NCBI GenBank assembly: GCA_963765005.1
Contig: CAVXUP010000009.1
Coordinates: forward strand, 269,609 to 333,608
DNA length: 64,000 bases
Direction of reading: 5' to 3'
Origin: an uncultured Bacteroidales bacterium
GTDB taxonomy: Bacteria > Bacteroidota > Bacteroidia > Bacteroidales > VadinHA17
Numbering within the stretch: position 1 is the first letter of the stretch; each line of letters begins with the position of its first letter. Below the pieces are notes generated by a model. That model had not been told where the DNA came from. It saw only the letters and a program-made list of their open reading frames with translations, and made no database searches. The translations under genes and the position numbers were made by a program. Positions 38,084-46,120 of this stretch are shown one piece after another.

Positions 38084-38551
38084 ATGGAAATAGTTAAGAA
38101 ATATAAATGGGTCATTATAGTAGTACTGCCGGTGCTGATACTCGTTGTTATCAGGTCGACAGGCATTTACCGCTTCAGGAGTGATGCCAATAAATGGGCA
38201 GAACCTTCGGTAAACAGTTCAAATATCATCAGCAGTGAACAATTAGCAGAGATAAAGGGAGATGCGATTATAATTAACCTTGACGGAGAAAAAAGAGATT
38301 TCAGATCAGAGGGTTTTAAATCAATAACAATTTCTGAAGACTCAATCCTCATCAAAGCAAACCTGAGAATAATCAAAGGTCATTCTGGTCCGGCGCTGCT
38401 CTATTCAGAAGATCTCAGCAAGCAGGCCCGTGTATGGATGGTACTGAGCCAGCTGGGCAATAAAAACATCTTTATCCTAACTGATAAACAGGATGATGAG
38501 GTCATGAAATACAAATTCCGGCCCGACACCATTGTCAGACCGGAATTGTAA
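38084..38551 (+). CDS. Membrane-anchored rhodanese-like protein, probably catalytically inactive (Ser at the Cys position)
   Basis: N-terminal TM WVIIVVLPVLILVVI. AIIINLDGEK...GPALLYSEDLSKQARVWMVLSQLGNKNIFILTD resembles a rhodanese core. Confidence 0.55.
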   Translation: MEIVKKYKWVIIVVLPVLILVVIRSTGIYRFRSDANKWAEPSVNSSNIISSEQLAEIKGDAIIINLDGEKRDFRSEGFKSITISEDSILIKANLRIIKGHSGPALLYSEDLSKQARVWMVLSQLGNKNIFILTDKQDDEVMKYKFRPDTIVRPEL

Positions 38552-38602
38552 AAACGCCATGCATGGCGTTTTCGTCGTACAAACGCCATGCATGGCGTTT
38601 TT
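38551..38602. terminator. Two tandem copies of a palindromic hairpin between convergent genes (bidirectional terminator candidates)
   Basis: aaaacgccatgcatggcgtttt (38551-38572) and aaacgccatgcatggcgttttt (38581-38602). Each has an 8-9 bp GC-containing stem flanked by A and T runs. Confidence 0.7.
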
Positions 38603-38607
38603 ACAAA

Positions 38608-39675
38608 TCATTTTACCACCGTAAAATCATTGACGTCAGCATAGGTGAACGGCAGCCACGAAAGAGCTTCCCTTTGTTTGATCATCTTATCGTGCATGAA
38701 GCTGTTATTACCGTATCTGAGGGTTCTGGCATCATAACCAAAGAGTCTCAGGTAGGCAGTGGCAAATCCAGAGTTATGGCCTGTTCCGCAGTACACAACA
38801 ACTATCTTATCAGACGGTATCGATGCCATCTCCTCTGTAAATCCAAGCGTAGATTCCGGTTTATATCTGATTGCCCCGGGAATATGTCCATCTTCATATT
38901 TGTCCTTTCTCTCGAGGTTGATTATGAAATATTTCCCCGGATCAGCAAACACTTCTTCAGCAGTTACAAGTATATTAGCAGTACCTTCTTCAAAGAGTTT
39001 CTTAAACCTGGCAGATCCTATCTCCTCTCCTGTTGTCAGTCCGGTTTTAAGGTCAGGCATTGAAACAGCAGCAGGTCTTTCGTTCACTTTGGTTTCGAGC
39101 TTTGCTTCAAACTGCCCCGTGACTCCTTTCATCCAGCCTTCATCGGCATATTTCTTATTCCAGGAGCTCATTCCCCAACGCATGGCAAATACATTACCGT
39201 AACCCATCAATCGCAACAAGCTTGTGGTATAGCTTGATACCTGTCCATCCTCACAAACCATGATAATCTTTTCGAACTCAAAGGGTTTTATACCAGATTC
39301 AAAATAGCCGGGAAGTTCTTCAAACTTCCGGTTAACTGCTCCTTTAATATGACCTGACTTAAACCTATCAGCAGATCTGAGGTCAATCACGAGAATATTG
39401 GTTCCAAGGCTCTGGTTAACAATTGACGGCTTAATCAGTGAAGGGAAAACAAGGCTGTTTACATAATCACCATTTTCAACCAGATCCTTTAGCAAAAGAG
39501 CTGTTTCATTACCAATGACAACAGGTTTTTTTGAAACAGGAGCAGGCGTAGCTGCCTGCTCCATATTCTTCTCTCCACTGTTTCCTGCACATCCTCCCGA
39601 TATTAAAACCGCAATGACGAAAACAGCAGAAATGCTATGACGGAATTTTTTCATTAATTGAAATGTTTTTTCCAT
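38608..39675 (-). CDS. Lipoprotein with tandem rhodanese domains (sulfurtransferase)
   Basis: Lipobox LISGGCAGN. Domain 1: ILVIDLRSADRFKSGHIKGAVN...IIMVCEDGQVSS. Domain 2: FIINLERKDKYEDGHIPGAIRY...VVVYCGTGHNSGFATAYL (canonical C-x5-S/R-like active loop). Confidence 0.85.
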   Translation of the reverse strand: MEKTFQLMKKFRHSISAVFVIAVLISGGCAGNSGEKNMEQAATPAPVSKKPVVIGNETALLLKDLVENGDYVNSLVFPSLIKPSIVNQSLGTNILVIDLRSADRFKSGHIKGAVNRKFEELPGYFESGIKPFEFEKIIMVCEDGQVSSYTTSLLRLMGYGNVFAMRWGMSSWNKKYADEGWMKGVTGQFEAKLETKVNERPAAVSMPDLKTGLTTGEEIGSARFKKLFEEGTANILVTAEEVFADPGKYFIINLERKDKYEDGHIPGAIRYKPESTLGFTEEMASIPSDKIVVVYCGTGHNSGFATAYLRLFGYDARTLRYGNNSFMHDKMIKQREALSWLPFTYADVNDFTVVK

Positions 39676-40739
39676 TATTCTTTTACAGCCACCCTGTCCT
39701 TATCAAAACGGAGGGTTTCAGTGCGCTGACCTGATTCGTCATACTTGTATTCAGTTATGGCAACACCATTTTCAGGATTATTCACAACATTCCTGTCCTT
39801 ATCCATGCTTATTGCTTCAATAAGCGCTCCGTGCTCATCATATTTATAAGCTGTGACAGGTACCATTTTACCACCTACATACTCATCATCCTGATCATAA
39901 TAAACAGTCTCTAAGGGATATCCGTTAGCATCGAATTTACTCACTCGTTTCGACCATCCCCAATAAAGATTTGACATCTGTCCAATTACATTGAAAACAG
40001 CAAAATTTTCAACATCGCCTTGTTCATTGGGATTAAATGTGAAATATGAAACCCCTATATCGCCGCAGTTTTCAGCTGTGCAGTTATAGAGAGTGTCGCC
40101 CATATAGTTTGCCATTCTGGTCACAAAACCTTTATCGTTATAGGTAAACCTTAATTCGTAGAATGGGCAGAACTGATTCATTACTACTTCTGAGTCAGCA
40201 AGGTTATATCTTAATTCCCTGATCATTCCGTCGGGAAGAACACTCCATTTCCATGAGTGAATTTTATTCCTGTTCTCCACCATTGAACTGTCTTTTCCAA
40301 GGAACATAAGCCCGGTCCTGAGTCCATTGTCATCGAGTGTATATTCAGCAAGATAGACTCCTCCAGATTCAATCCGTTCATTCTTGTTATTGAAATATCT
40401 CTTGAGTTGTTTGTTTCCTGTATACTCATAAGTGATCTTTGCGGCGCCCTGCATCGATGAATAACCAAGCAGAACATCATTGCGGACAAATTCGACTGAT
40501 ACTACCCTTCCTGCATCATCATAAGTAAATTTATAACTGTTTACTGTTTTAGCCTCATCCGCAGTCAGAGGGTGAGTTCCCTTTTCAGTGTCGTACGGAG
40601 TTTCGCTGAATTGCAGGCTTCTGAAATACGCAACTTCCTGTTTCTGGTCTTTCTGGCTCTTATTGCCGGTACATGATACAACTGCCAGTCCAATAACAAG
40701 CGAAAGGACAGCCATTACTGTGATTTTACTCAATTTCAT
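39675..40739 (-). CDS. Lipoprotein with degenerate YD/RHS-like repeats, function unknown
   Basis: Lipobox LAVVSCTGN. Recurrent units: KFTYDDAGRVVSVEF, ITYEYTGNKQL, AEYTLDDNGLRTGLMF, RFTYNDKGFVTRMANY, YKYDEHGALIEAISMD, EYKYDESGQRTETLRFD. Confidence 0.45.
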   Translation of the reverse strand: MKLSKITVMAVLSLVIGLAVVSCTGNKSQKDQKQEVAYFRSLQFSETPYDTEKGTHPLTADEAKTVNSYKFTYDDAGRVVSVEFVRNDVLLGYSSMQGAAKITYEYTGNKQLKRYFNNKNERIESGGVYLAEYTLDDNGLRTGLMFLGKDSSMVENRNKIHSWKWSVLPDGMIRELRYNLADSEVVMNQFCPFYELRFTYNDKGFVTRMANYMGDTLYNCTAENCGDIGVSYFTFNPNEQGDVENFAVFNVIGQMSNLYWGWSKRVSKFDANGYPLETVYYDQDDEYVGGKMVPVTAYKYDEHGALIEAISMDKDRNVVNNPENGVAITEYKYDESGQRTETLRFDKDRVAVKE

Positions 40740-40850
40740 ACTTTAATCGTTTTTAAGTTAATTTTTTTTGCAAAGGTAATACTAAGTTTGAGACTACATA
40801 TTCATAGTTCAACAACTGAGTAACACATAACCTGGAGAATTGTTTAGAAG

Positions 40851-41024
40851 GTGGCGCAACGGCGCAACGGCTCAGAGGCGCAATGGCTAATGGCCAAATT
40901 GTTCCGCTAAGCGAAGTTGCAAACTTCGCCGAGCATCATTAATTGCATAGCTGCGCCGTTGTGCCGTTATGCCGCTACGCCGCTTTGCCGTTGTGCCGTT
41001 GTGCCATTGCGCCGTTGCGCCATT
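40851..41024. repeat. Inverted arms of octamer tandem repeats (GGCGCAAC-type vs GTTGCGCC/GTTGTGCC-type) around a central hairpin
   Basis: Left arm: gtggcgcaacggcgcaacggctcagaggcgcaatggctaatggcc. Centre: gcgaagtt-gca-aacttcgc. Right arm: tgcgccgttgtgccgttatgccgctacgccgctttgccgttgtgccgttgtgccattgcgccgttgcgccatt. Confidence 0.95.
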
Positions 41025-41059
41025 CTTCCTATATTTGTTACCACTTAACCTCACACATT

Positions 41060-41659
41060 ATGGAAACACCATTCCTCGACTCAAATCTATTCACCTATGG
41101 ACTATTGCCGGTACTGATCTTTCTTGCAAGGATTTGCGATCAGTCAATCGGCACCCTCAGGATCATCTTTCTTTCCAAAGGAAAAAGAAATATAGTCCCC
41201 GTTCTTGGTTTCTTTGAAGTGCTTATCTGGATAATGGCCGTCAGTAAGATAATGCAGAACCTCGATAACTATGTCAACTATTTTGCTTATGCAGCAGGCT
41301 TTGCAACAGGCAACTATGTAGGAATGATAATTGAGGAAAAACTTGCTATGGGCTACCTGATGATAAGAGTATTCGCCAACTCAGGAGGATCAGAAATGGT
41401 TCAGACACTTAACAGCAATGGTTTTGGGGCCACAGTTGTAGAAGCAAGGGGTGCCCGGGACAAAGTAAACCTTATTTACACAATAGTACAGAGAAATGAG
41501 CTTGAAAAGGTACTTGGACTTATTACTGATTTTAATCCGAAAGCATTCTACACAATCGAAGATGTGAGGTCAGTTAATGAAGGGATCTTCAGTCAGAAAA
41601 AGCCAAATTCGCTTTTTCCGTTCGTAGAAATACTAAGAAGATGGAGACGGGGGCTGTAG
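41060..41659 (+). CDS. DUF2179/UPF0316-family membrane protein
   Basis: METPFLDSNLF...LIFLARICDQSIGTLRIIFLSKGKR...FATGNYVGMIIEEKLAMG plus the C-terminal DUF2179-like LIYTIVQRNELEKVLGLITDFNPKAFYTIEDV. The upstream 39 codons of the tracked ORF are a translation of the repeat array. Confidence 0.8.
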   Translation: METPFLDSNLFTYGLLPVLIFLARICDQSIGTLRIIFLSKGKRNIVPVLGFFEVLIWIMAVSKIMQNLDNYVNYFAYAAGFATGNYVGMIIEEKLAMGYLMIRVFANSGGSEMVQTLNSNGFGATVVEARGARDKVNLIYTIVQRNELEKVLGLITDFNPKAFYTIEDVRSVNEGIFSQKKPNSLFPFVEILRRWRRGL

Positions 41660-41746
41660 GCAAAAGGTGCAGGTTGCAGGGTACAGGGTACAGGGTGCGG
41701 GGTATGCATTTATAGTTCTCACCACGCAACTCGCAACTCGTACCCC
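41660..41746. repeat. Heptamer arrays (GGTRCAG x6, then CTCGCAA-type). Contains a canonical G-quadruplex motif.
   Basis: gcaaaaggtgcaggttgcagggtacagggtacagggtgcggggtatgc ... caccacgcaactcgcaactcgtacccc. G3N4G3N4G3N3G4 at 41679-41702. Confidence 0.95.
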
Positions 41747-41803
41747 TAATCATTCAAATTAAATTTCTACATTTGACATTCTAAAAACCCAAAACCTATT
41801 AAT

Positions 41804-42766
41804 ATGGACCAGTTCAGCAACCACCCACTCTACGGCAAACACAACATTGACAGTGCAATGAATTCCCTCTGGGATTTTTACAAAAGCAGGTTCCTTTCAC
41901 TTTTCCTGATCTCCCTGGGGATGTCTCTCGTGGTTCAGTTCGCCTCCTCCTTCATCGACATGAAGGATTTACAGTCAACCACTGATCCTGCCGAAATGCT
42001 TATCAAGGTTAAGGAGATGATAGTTCCTATTCTGGCTGTCTCATTAGTCAATCTTTTCTTTGCTACTATCCTTCAATATTACATCCTTTATAATCCACTT
42101 GACAAATCGAACAATATTCTTGTCTCTTTCGGAAAATCGATGAGGTATTTCCTTCCCTTTCTGATTATTATGATACTCCTCGCGTTTTTTGGAGCAGTTG
42201 CAATGTTTCTCGGATTGTTTGTCCTGATAGTCGGAGCCTTTTTTGCCCTGCTTTATGTATTGACGATCTACCTCATCATACTGCCTGTACTAATGTCAGA
42301 AGGGCCCTCAATTGGTAATGCAATCAGCAGGACATTAAGCCTTGTTCACAGGAATTTCTGGTCGAATATCGGATGGGTTGCAGTCTTTTTCATAATACTG
42401 ATAGTTGTATCACTGATCCTTTCAGGTCTTGTTCTGCTTCCTTTTGCAGGAAGCTTCTTCAGAACACTTTTAAACCCGGAAGAGGCCAGCAAAATGCTCG
42501 ATATGGCTACAAATCCGGTCTTCATTGCAGTTTCTTCACTGGCAGGAGCTATCACTATGCCTCTGATGCCAATATTTGCCCTTATCCTCTATTTCAATGG
42601 CAGAGCAAGAGAATTAACGGGCATTAGTGAGAGCGAGGGCGAGAGTGGATTTAAGAATGACAACGGCAGTTCGGTAAAGCCTGATGATGGCAGGGTAAGG
42701 GTTGAAGATCTGTATGCAAAACCATATTCAGATGATCATCCCGATAATCCGGATAAAAATGTCTGA
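41804..42766 (+). CDS. Polytopic membrane protein of unknown function with an acidic, low-complexity C-terminal tail
   Basis: About 6 hydrophobic segments. C-terminus SESEGESGFKNDNGSSVKPDDGRVRVEDLYAKPYSDDHPDNPDKNV. No motif recognised. Confidence 0.5.
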   Translation: MDQFSNHPLYGKHNIDSAMNSLWDFYKSRFLSLFLISLGMSLVVQFASSFIDMKDLQSTTDPAEMLIKVKEMIVPILAVSLVNLFFATILQYYILYNPLDKSNNILVSFGKSMRYFLPFLIIMILLAFFGAVAMFLGLFVLIVGAFFALLYVLTIYLIILPVLMSEGPSIGNAISRTLSLVHRNFWSNIGWVAVFFIILIVVSLILSGLVLLPFAGSFFRTLLNPEEASKMLDMATNPVFIAVSSLAGAITMPLMPIFALILYFNGRARELTGISESEGESGFKNDNGSSVKPDDGRVRVEDLYAKPYSDDHPDNPDKNV

Positions 42767-42872
42767 TTGTCTTGCGGTCGTGCGGTCGTGTTGTATTACA
42801 ATCATGAAGTCGGCTGCAAGACCTCAGGACTGCAGGACCGCACGACCGCAGGACCGCAGGACCGCAAGACAA
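42767..42872. repeat. Inverted heptamer-repeat arms (TGCGGTC / GACCGCA) that exactly fill the gap between convergent genes
   Basis: ttgtcttgcggtcgtgcggtcgtg (42767-42790) and gcaagacctcaggactgcaggaccgcacgaccgcaggaccgcaggaccgcaagacaa (42816-42872). The outermost 13 nt, ttgtcttgcggtc / gaccgcaagacaa, are perfectly complementary. Confidence 0.95.
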
Positions 42873-43667
42873 TTAAACATCATTCTCCCCTTTTACATAT
42901 CCAAAGTTGGCAAGTATTCCACCGTCGACATAAAGGATATGTCCGTTTACGAAATTGCTTGCTTTTGATGCAAGGAAGAGGGCAGCATTGGCAACATCTT
43001 CCGGTTCACCCCATCTGCCTGCAGGTGTACGGGTCATAACAAGGTCATTAAAAGGGTGACCATTCTCACGTATAGGTGCTGTCTGCGAGGTAGCTATATA
43101 ACCCGGACCAATTCCATTGATCTGAATATTATATTTTGCCCATTCGCATGTCATGCTTTGTGTAAGCAGTTTAAGCCCTCCTTTTGCAGAAGCATAGGCT
43201 GAAACGGTATTCCTTCCATAGATGCTCATCATTGAGCACATATTAATGATCTTGCCGCCTCTTTTTCCGATCATTCCGGGTGCAACACGTTTAGATATTA
43301 TAAGCGGAGCTACAAGATCGACATCGATTACCTGTTTATAATCGGATATAGCCATGTCGAGTATTGGGATCCTTTTAATTATTCCGGCATTATTGACAAG
43401 GATATCGACTGCACCAACACTTTTTTCAATCATAGTTATGCCTTTATCCACATCTTTCTCATCTGTCACATTGAATCTGAGTGTAAAGACATCAAGACCC
43501 TCTTTTTTATAACTCTCTTTGCAGCTAAGCAGCTTGTCCTCATCCAGATCGTTTACACACACTCTGGCTCCAGCCTTGCCAAGAAGCAGTCCCACAGCCA
43601 ATCCTATTCCATGAGTGCCGCCGGTTACAAGAGCCACTTTTCCGCTTAAATCAAATAATTCTTTCAT
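42873..43667 (-). CDS. SDR oxidoreductase, gluconate 5-dehydrogenase / KduD-type (2-dehydro-3-deoxy-D-gluconate 5-dehydrogenase candidate)
   Basis: GKVALVTGGTHGIGLAV, NNAG, and the S-x12-Y-x3-K triad (YASAKGGLK). Adjacent to kduI. Confidence 0.75.
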   Translation of the reverse strand: MKELFDLSGKVALVTGGTHGIGLAVGLLLGKAGARVCVNDLDEDKLLSCKESYKKEGLDVFTLRFNVTDEKDVDKGITMIEKSVGAVDILVNNAGIIKRIPILDMAISDYKQVIDVDLVAPLIISKRVAPGMIGKRGGKIINMCSMMSIYGRNTVSAYASAKGGLKLLTQSMTCEWAKYNIQINGIGPGYIATSQTAPIRENGHPFNDLVMTRTPAGRWGEPEDVANAALFLASKASNFVNGHILYVDGGILANFGYVKGENDV

Positions 43668-43726
43668 AAGAGTTGGTATATAGTATTTATCTACTTTCTG
43701 TTAATCGTTACTTCCCTGAATTAAGA

Positions 43727-43830
43727 GTTGCAGGGTGCGGGGTGAAGATATTGCCACAGACTTCTATACTTAAACACGAAACCCGATCCGCCAGCCACCC
43801 GACGAAACACGAAACCCGAAACCCGAAACC
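43727..43830. repeat. G-rich heptamer arm (GGTGCGG) and C-rich heptamer arm (CCCGAAA)
   Basis: gttgcagggtgcggggtg ... cacgaaacccgatccgccagccacccgacgaaacacgaaacccgaaacccgaaacc. Confidence 0.95.
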
Positions 43831-43833
43831 ATT

Positions 43834-44670
43834 CTATTTAAGAGAATCAGGGTGTCTGACATCCATATCACTGTAATCGAGGTTTTCACCGGCCATTCCC
43901 CAGATGAAGGTATAGTTTGAGGTACCTGCAGCGCTATGAATACTCCATGAGGGAGAAAGCACAGCCTGGTCGTTTTTCATCCAGATATGTCGGGTTTCAT
44001 CAGGATCGCCCATGAAATGGCAGATCCCCTGTTTCTCAGGAACTTCGAAATAAAAATAAGCCTCCATTCGTCTGTTATGAGTATGTACAGGCATCGTATT
44101 CCAGACACTGCCGGGTTTCAGTTCTGTCATCCCCATCTGCAGCTGGCATGTTGGCAGCACGCTGTTTACAAGCAGTTTATTAATAGTTCTGTGATTCGAA
44201 GCCTCCATACTTCCCATCACCACAACTTCTGCATCTTTCAAAGTAACCTTTCCTGAAGGATACTTATGATGTGCAGGTGCCGAGTTGATGTAGAGCTTAG
44301 CAGGTTTTCCACTATCGGCCGATTTCAGAACAACATCCTTAACCTCTTTACCAAGATAAAGAGCCTCCTTATGTCCCAGGCTAAATGTCCCCTCCCCTGT
44401 TTCTATTACTGCAGCTCCTCCGACATTAATTATCCCCATCTCCCGTCGCTCAAGGAAATATGAGGCTTTCAGATCGTCGGCCGATTCGAGTTTAAGTGCC
44501 TGCTTAACGGGCATTGCACCCCCCACGATATACCTGTCGTACATACTGTATACCAGGGATATTTCATCAGGGACAAACACCTTCTCAATAAGGAATTCCT
44601 TCCTTACTTTATCGGTATCATACGTCTTAAAATCCTCAGGATGGACGGCGTATCTAAGTTCTAGTTTCAT
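43834..44670 (-). CDS. kduI: 5-dehydro-4-deoxy-D-glucuronate isomerase
   Basis: MKLELRYAVHPEDFKTYDTDKVRKEFLIEKVF...; cupin core with HTHNRRMEAYFYF; 278 aa, typical KduI length. Confidence 0.93.
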   Translation of the reverse strand: MKLELRYAVHPEDFKTYDTDKVRKEFLIEKVFVPDEISLVYSMYDRYIVGGAMPVKQALKLESADDLKASYFLERREMGIINVGGAAVIETGEGTFSLGHKEALYLGKEVKDVVLKSADSGKPAKLYINSAPAHHKYPSGKVTLKDAEVVVMGSMEASNHRTINKLLVNSVLPTCQLQMGMTELKPGSVWNTMPVHTHNRRMEAYFYFEVPEKQGICHFMGDPDETRHIWMKNDQAVLSPSWSIHSAAGTSNYTFIWGMAGENLDYSDMDVRHPDSLK

Positions 44671-44709
44671 ATTTTCAGGATTGGGTTGCTAATATAATTT
44701 TTGTTTCCA

Positions 44710-44790
44710 GGTGCGGGGTGCGGGGTGCGGGGTGCGGATTATTAAACTTCACCTCGCAACCCGAAACCCGAAACCCGAAACTTGAAACCC
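44710..44790. repeat. GGTGCGG x4 arm and CCCGAAA x3-4 arm
   Basis: ggtgcggggtgcggggtgcggggtgcgg ... cacctcgcaacccgaaacccgaaacccgaaacttgaaaccc. It ends at the stop codon of the GH105 gene. Confidence 0.95.
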
Positions 44791-45950
44791 TAAAGAATCC
44801 CCTTATCAATCAGCCTGGTAATCTCCGATCCTGCCATTAGGAAGCCTCCAACACCATAAACCTCTGTCATTTCGCGGGTGACAGCCTTGGGATCAGCTCC
44901 GATTGGCTGGATAAACCCTACTTTGCCATCGGGCCATACGGAAGCCACCATCGATTTCCAGCCTTTTACAACAGCAGGAAGATATGTCTCTTTGTCGAGA
45001 TATCCGTTTCCAATACCCCATGCCAGACCGAAAACAAAGAAAGCTGTTGCACTCATCTCGGGATTAGGATAGCTTGCAGGATCAAGAAGGCTGGCATGCC
45101 AGTATCCGTCGGCCGACTGGAGTGAAACCAGTTTTGCGGCCATTTCTTTGTATATTGTTACAAAATAATCCTTGTTCTCATATTTCGATGGAAGCTCCCT
45201 GATTATTATTGGCAGACCGGCAAAGACCCATCCATTGCCCCTGCCCCAGAAAACCTTCTCCCCATTTGCCTCTTTCCTTGTGAAATAATTCGAATCCCTG
45301 AAATAGAGATCTTCTTCTTTATCGTAAAGATAATCAGTAGTAACCTTGTATTCACTGTACATGAAATCCAGGTACTTCTTCTTCCCGGTCACATTTGCCA
45401 TTTTAGCCCATACAGTGGGTCCCATGAAAAGAGCATCGCACCACGACCACCGCTGTGTTGACCAATACTCCTTTGTATTGACAAACTTCAGGTCGCCTTT
45501 CGCCGGATCTTTCAACATCTGGTCGAGATAGGCCCTCATGGGTTTTATCATTTTCTTGTCGTTATACTTCCTGTATAATTCGATATAGGTTTGTCCTACA
45601 CAATAATCATCCGCATGGTATCTTCGAAGCGGGTTATCATGTTTATAATAATCCCATGACAAATTCTCACCTATTTCAACAAGCCATTTGTAATAAGAGT
45701 CGTCGCCGGCAATTGAGGCCCAATCAACCATACCTGCATAAAGAGCCGCGCTGGTCCAGTCTGCAGGGTTATGATTAAGGGGACTTTTAACCTGCCAGTC
45801 TGCTACTGCCTTAAGCACGGTTTTGATATCCTTTTTATTAAGATCCGAACTAAAAGGAGCACCTGATAACCCCTGGGAATAACCGGACAGTGTGAAAGGC
45901 ATTAACAGGACAAGCAAACTGATTTTCCAACAGGTCTTGGTATTCTTCAT
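44790..45950 (-). CDS. GH105/GH88-family unsaturated rhamnogalacturonyl/glucuronyl hydrolase
   Basis: Signal peptide. RWSWCDALFMGPTVWAKM, GRGNGWVFAGL, ATAFFVFGLAWGI motifs typical of the YteR/YesR-like (alpha/alpha)6 hydrolases. Confidence 0.85.
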   Translation of the reverse strand: MKNTKTCWKISLLVLLMPFTLSGYSQGLSGAPFSSDLNKKDIKTVLKAVADWQVKSPLNHNPADWTSAALYAGMVDWASIAGDDSYYKWLVEIGENLSWDYYKHDNPLRRYHADDYCVGQTYIELYRKYNDKKMIKPMRAYLDQMLKDPAKGDLKFVNTKEYWSTQRWSWCDALFMGPTVWAKMANVTGKKKYLDFMYSEYKVTTDYLYDKEEDLYFRDSNYFTRKEANGEKVFWGRGNGWVFAGLPIIIRELPSKYENKDYFVTIYKEMAAKLVSLQSADGYWHASLLDPASYPNPEMSATAFFVFGLAWGIGNGYLDKETYLPAVVKGWKSMVASVWPDGKVGFIQPIGADPKAVTREMTEVYGVGGFLMAGSEITRLIDKGIL

Positions 45951-46064
45951 AGATAAAATTTTAAATAAGTTCCATTCAATAAAAATAAGGCTGAAATTGT
46001 GATAATTATTAATAAAGAGATCAGAGAAAATTTGATAAATTGATTTGTAATATTTATTTTCGTG

Positions 46065-46076
46065 ATCGTTAACGAT
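46065..46076. promoter_or_regulatory. Perfect 12-bp palindrome ATCGTTAACGAT, a candidate LacI-type operator upstream of uxaC
   Basis: gtgATCGTTAACGATtca lies 45 nt upstream of ATG 46121, in the divergent GH105/uxaC intergenic region. A LacI-family regulator is encoded at 56349. Confidence 0.35.
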
Positions 46077-46120
46077 TCAGTCTCCTCAAATTTAAATAAA
46101 TTTATAATCCCACAGATAAG

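Noticed and set aside
38563-39063. A 166-aa plus-strand ORF.
   Set aside because: It starts inside the terminator hairpins and lies antisense to the well-supported tandem-rhodanese gene. It has no recognisable motifs.
40943-41217. An N-terminal extension of the DUF2179 gene (MHSCAVVPLCRYAALPLCRC...) and an overlapping 82-aa ORF.
   Set aside because: Both translate the octamer repeat arm. A clean start, METPFLDS at 41060, precedes the conserved domain.
40851-42872. Inverted repeat arms as the terminal inverted repeats of an IS or MITE.
   Set aside because: No transposase is present and no target-site duplication is visible. The arms are themselves internally tandem-repetitive and of unequal length. 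Mobile origin cannot be excluded without genome-wide copies.
42651-43039. Small ORFs (73-90 aa) rich in CGPAVLRS and RTARPQD repeats.
   Set aside because: They translate the TGCGGTC/GACCGCA arrays or lie antisense to the SDR gene.
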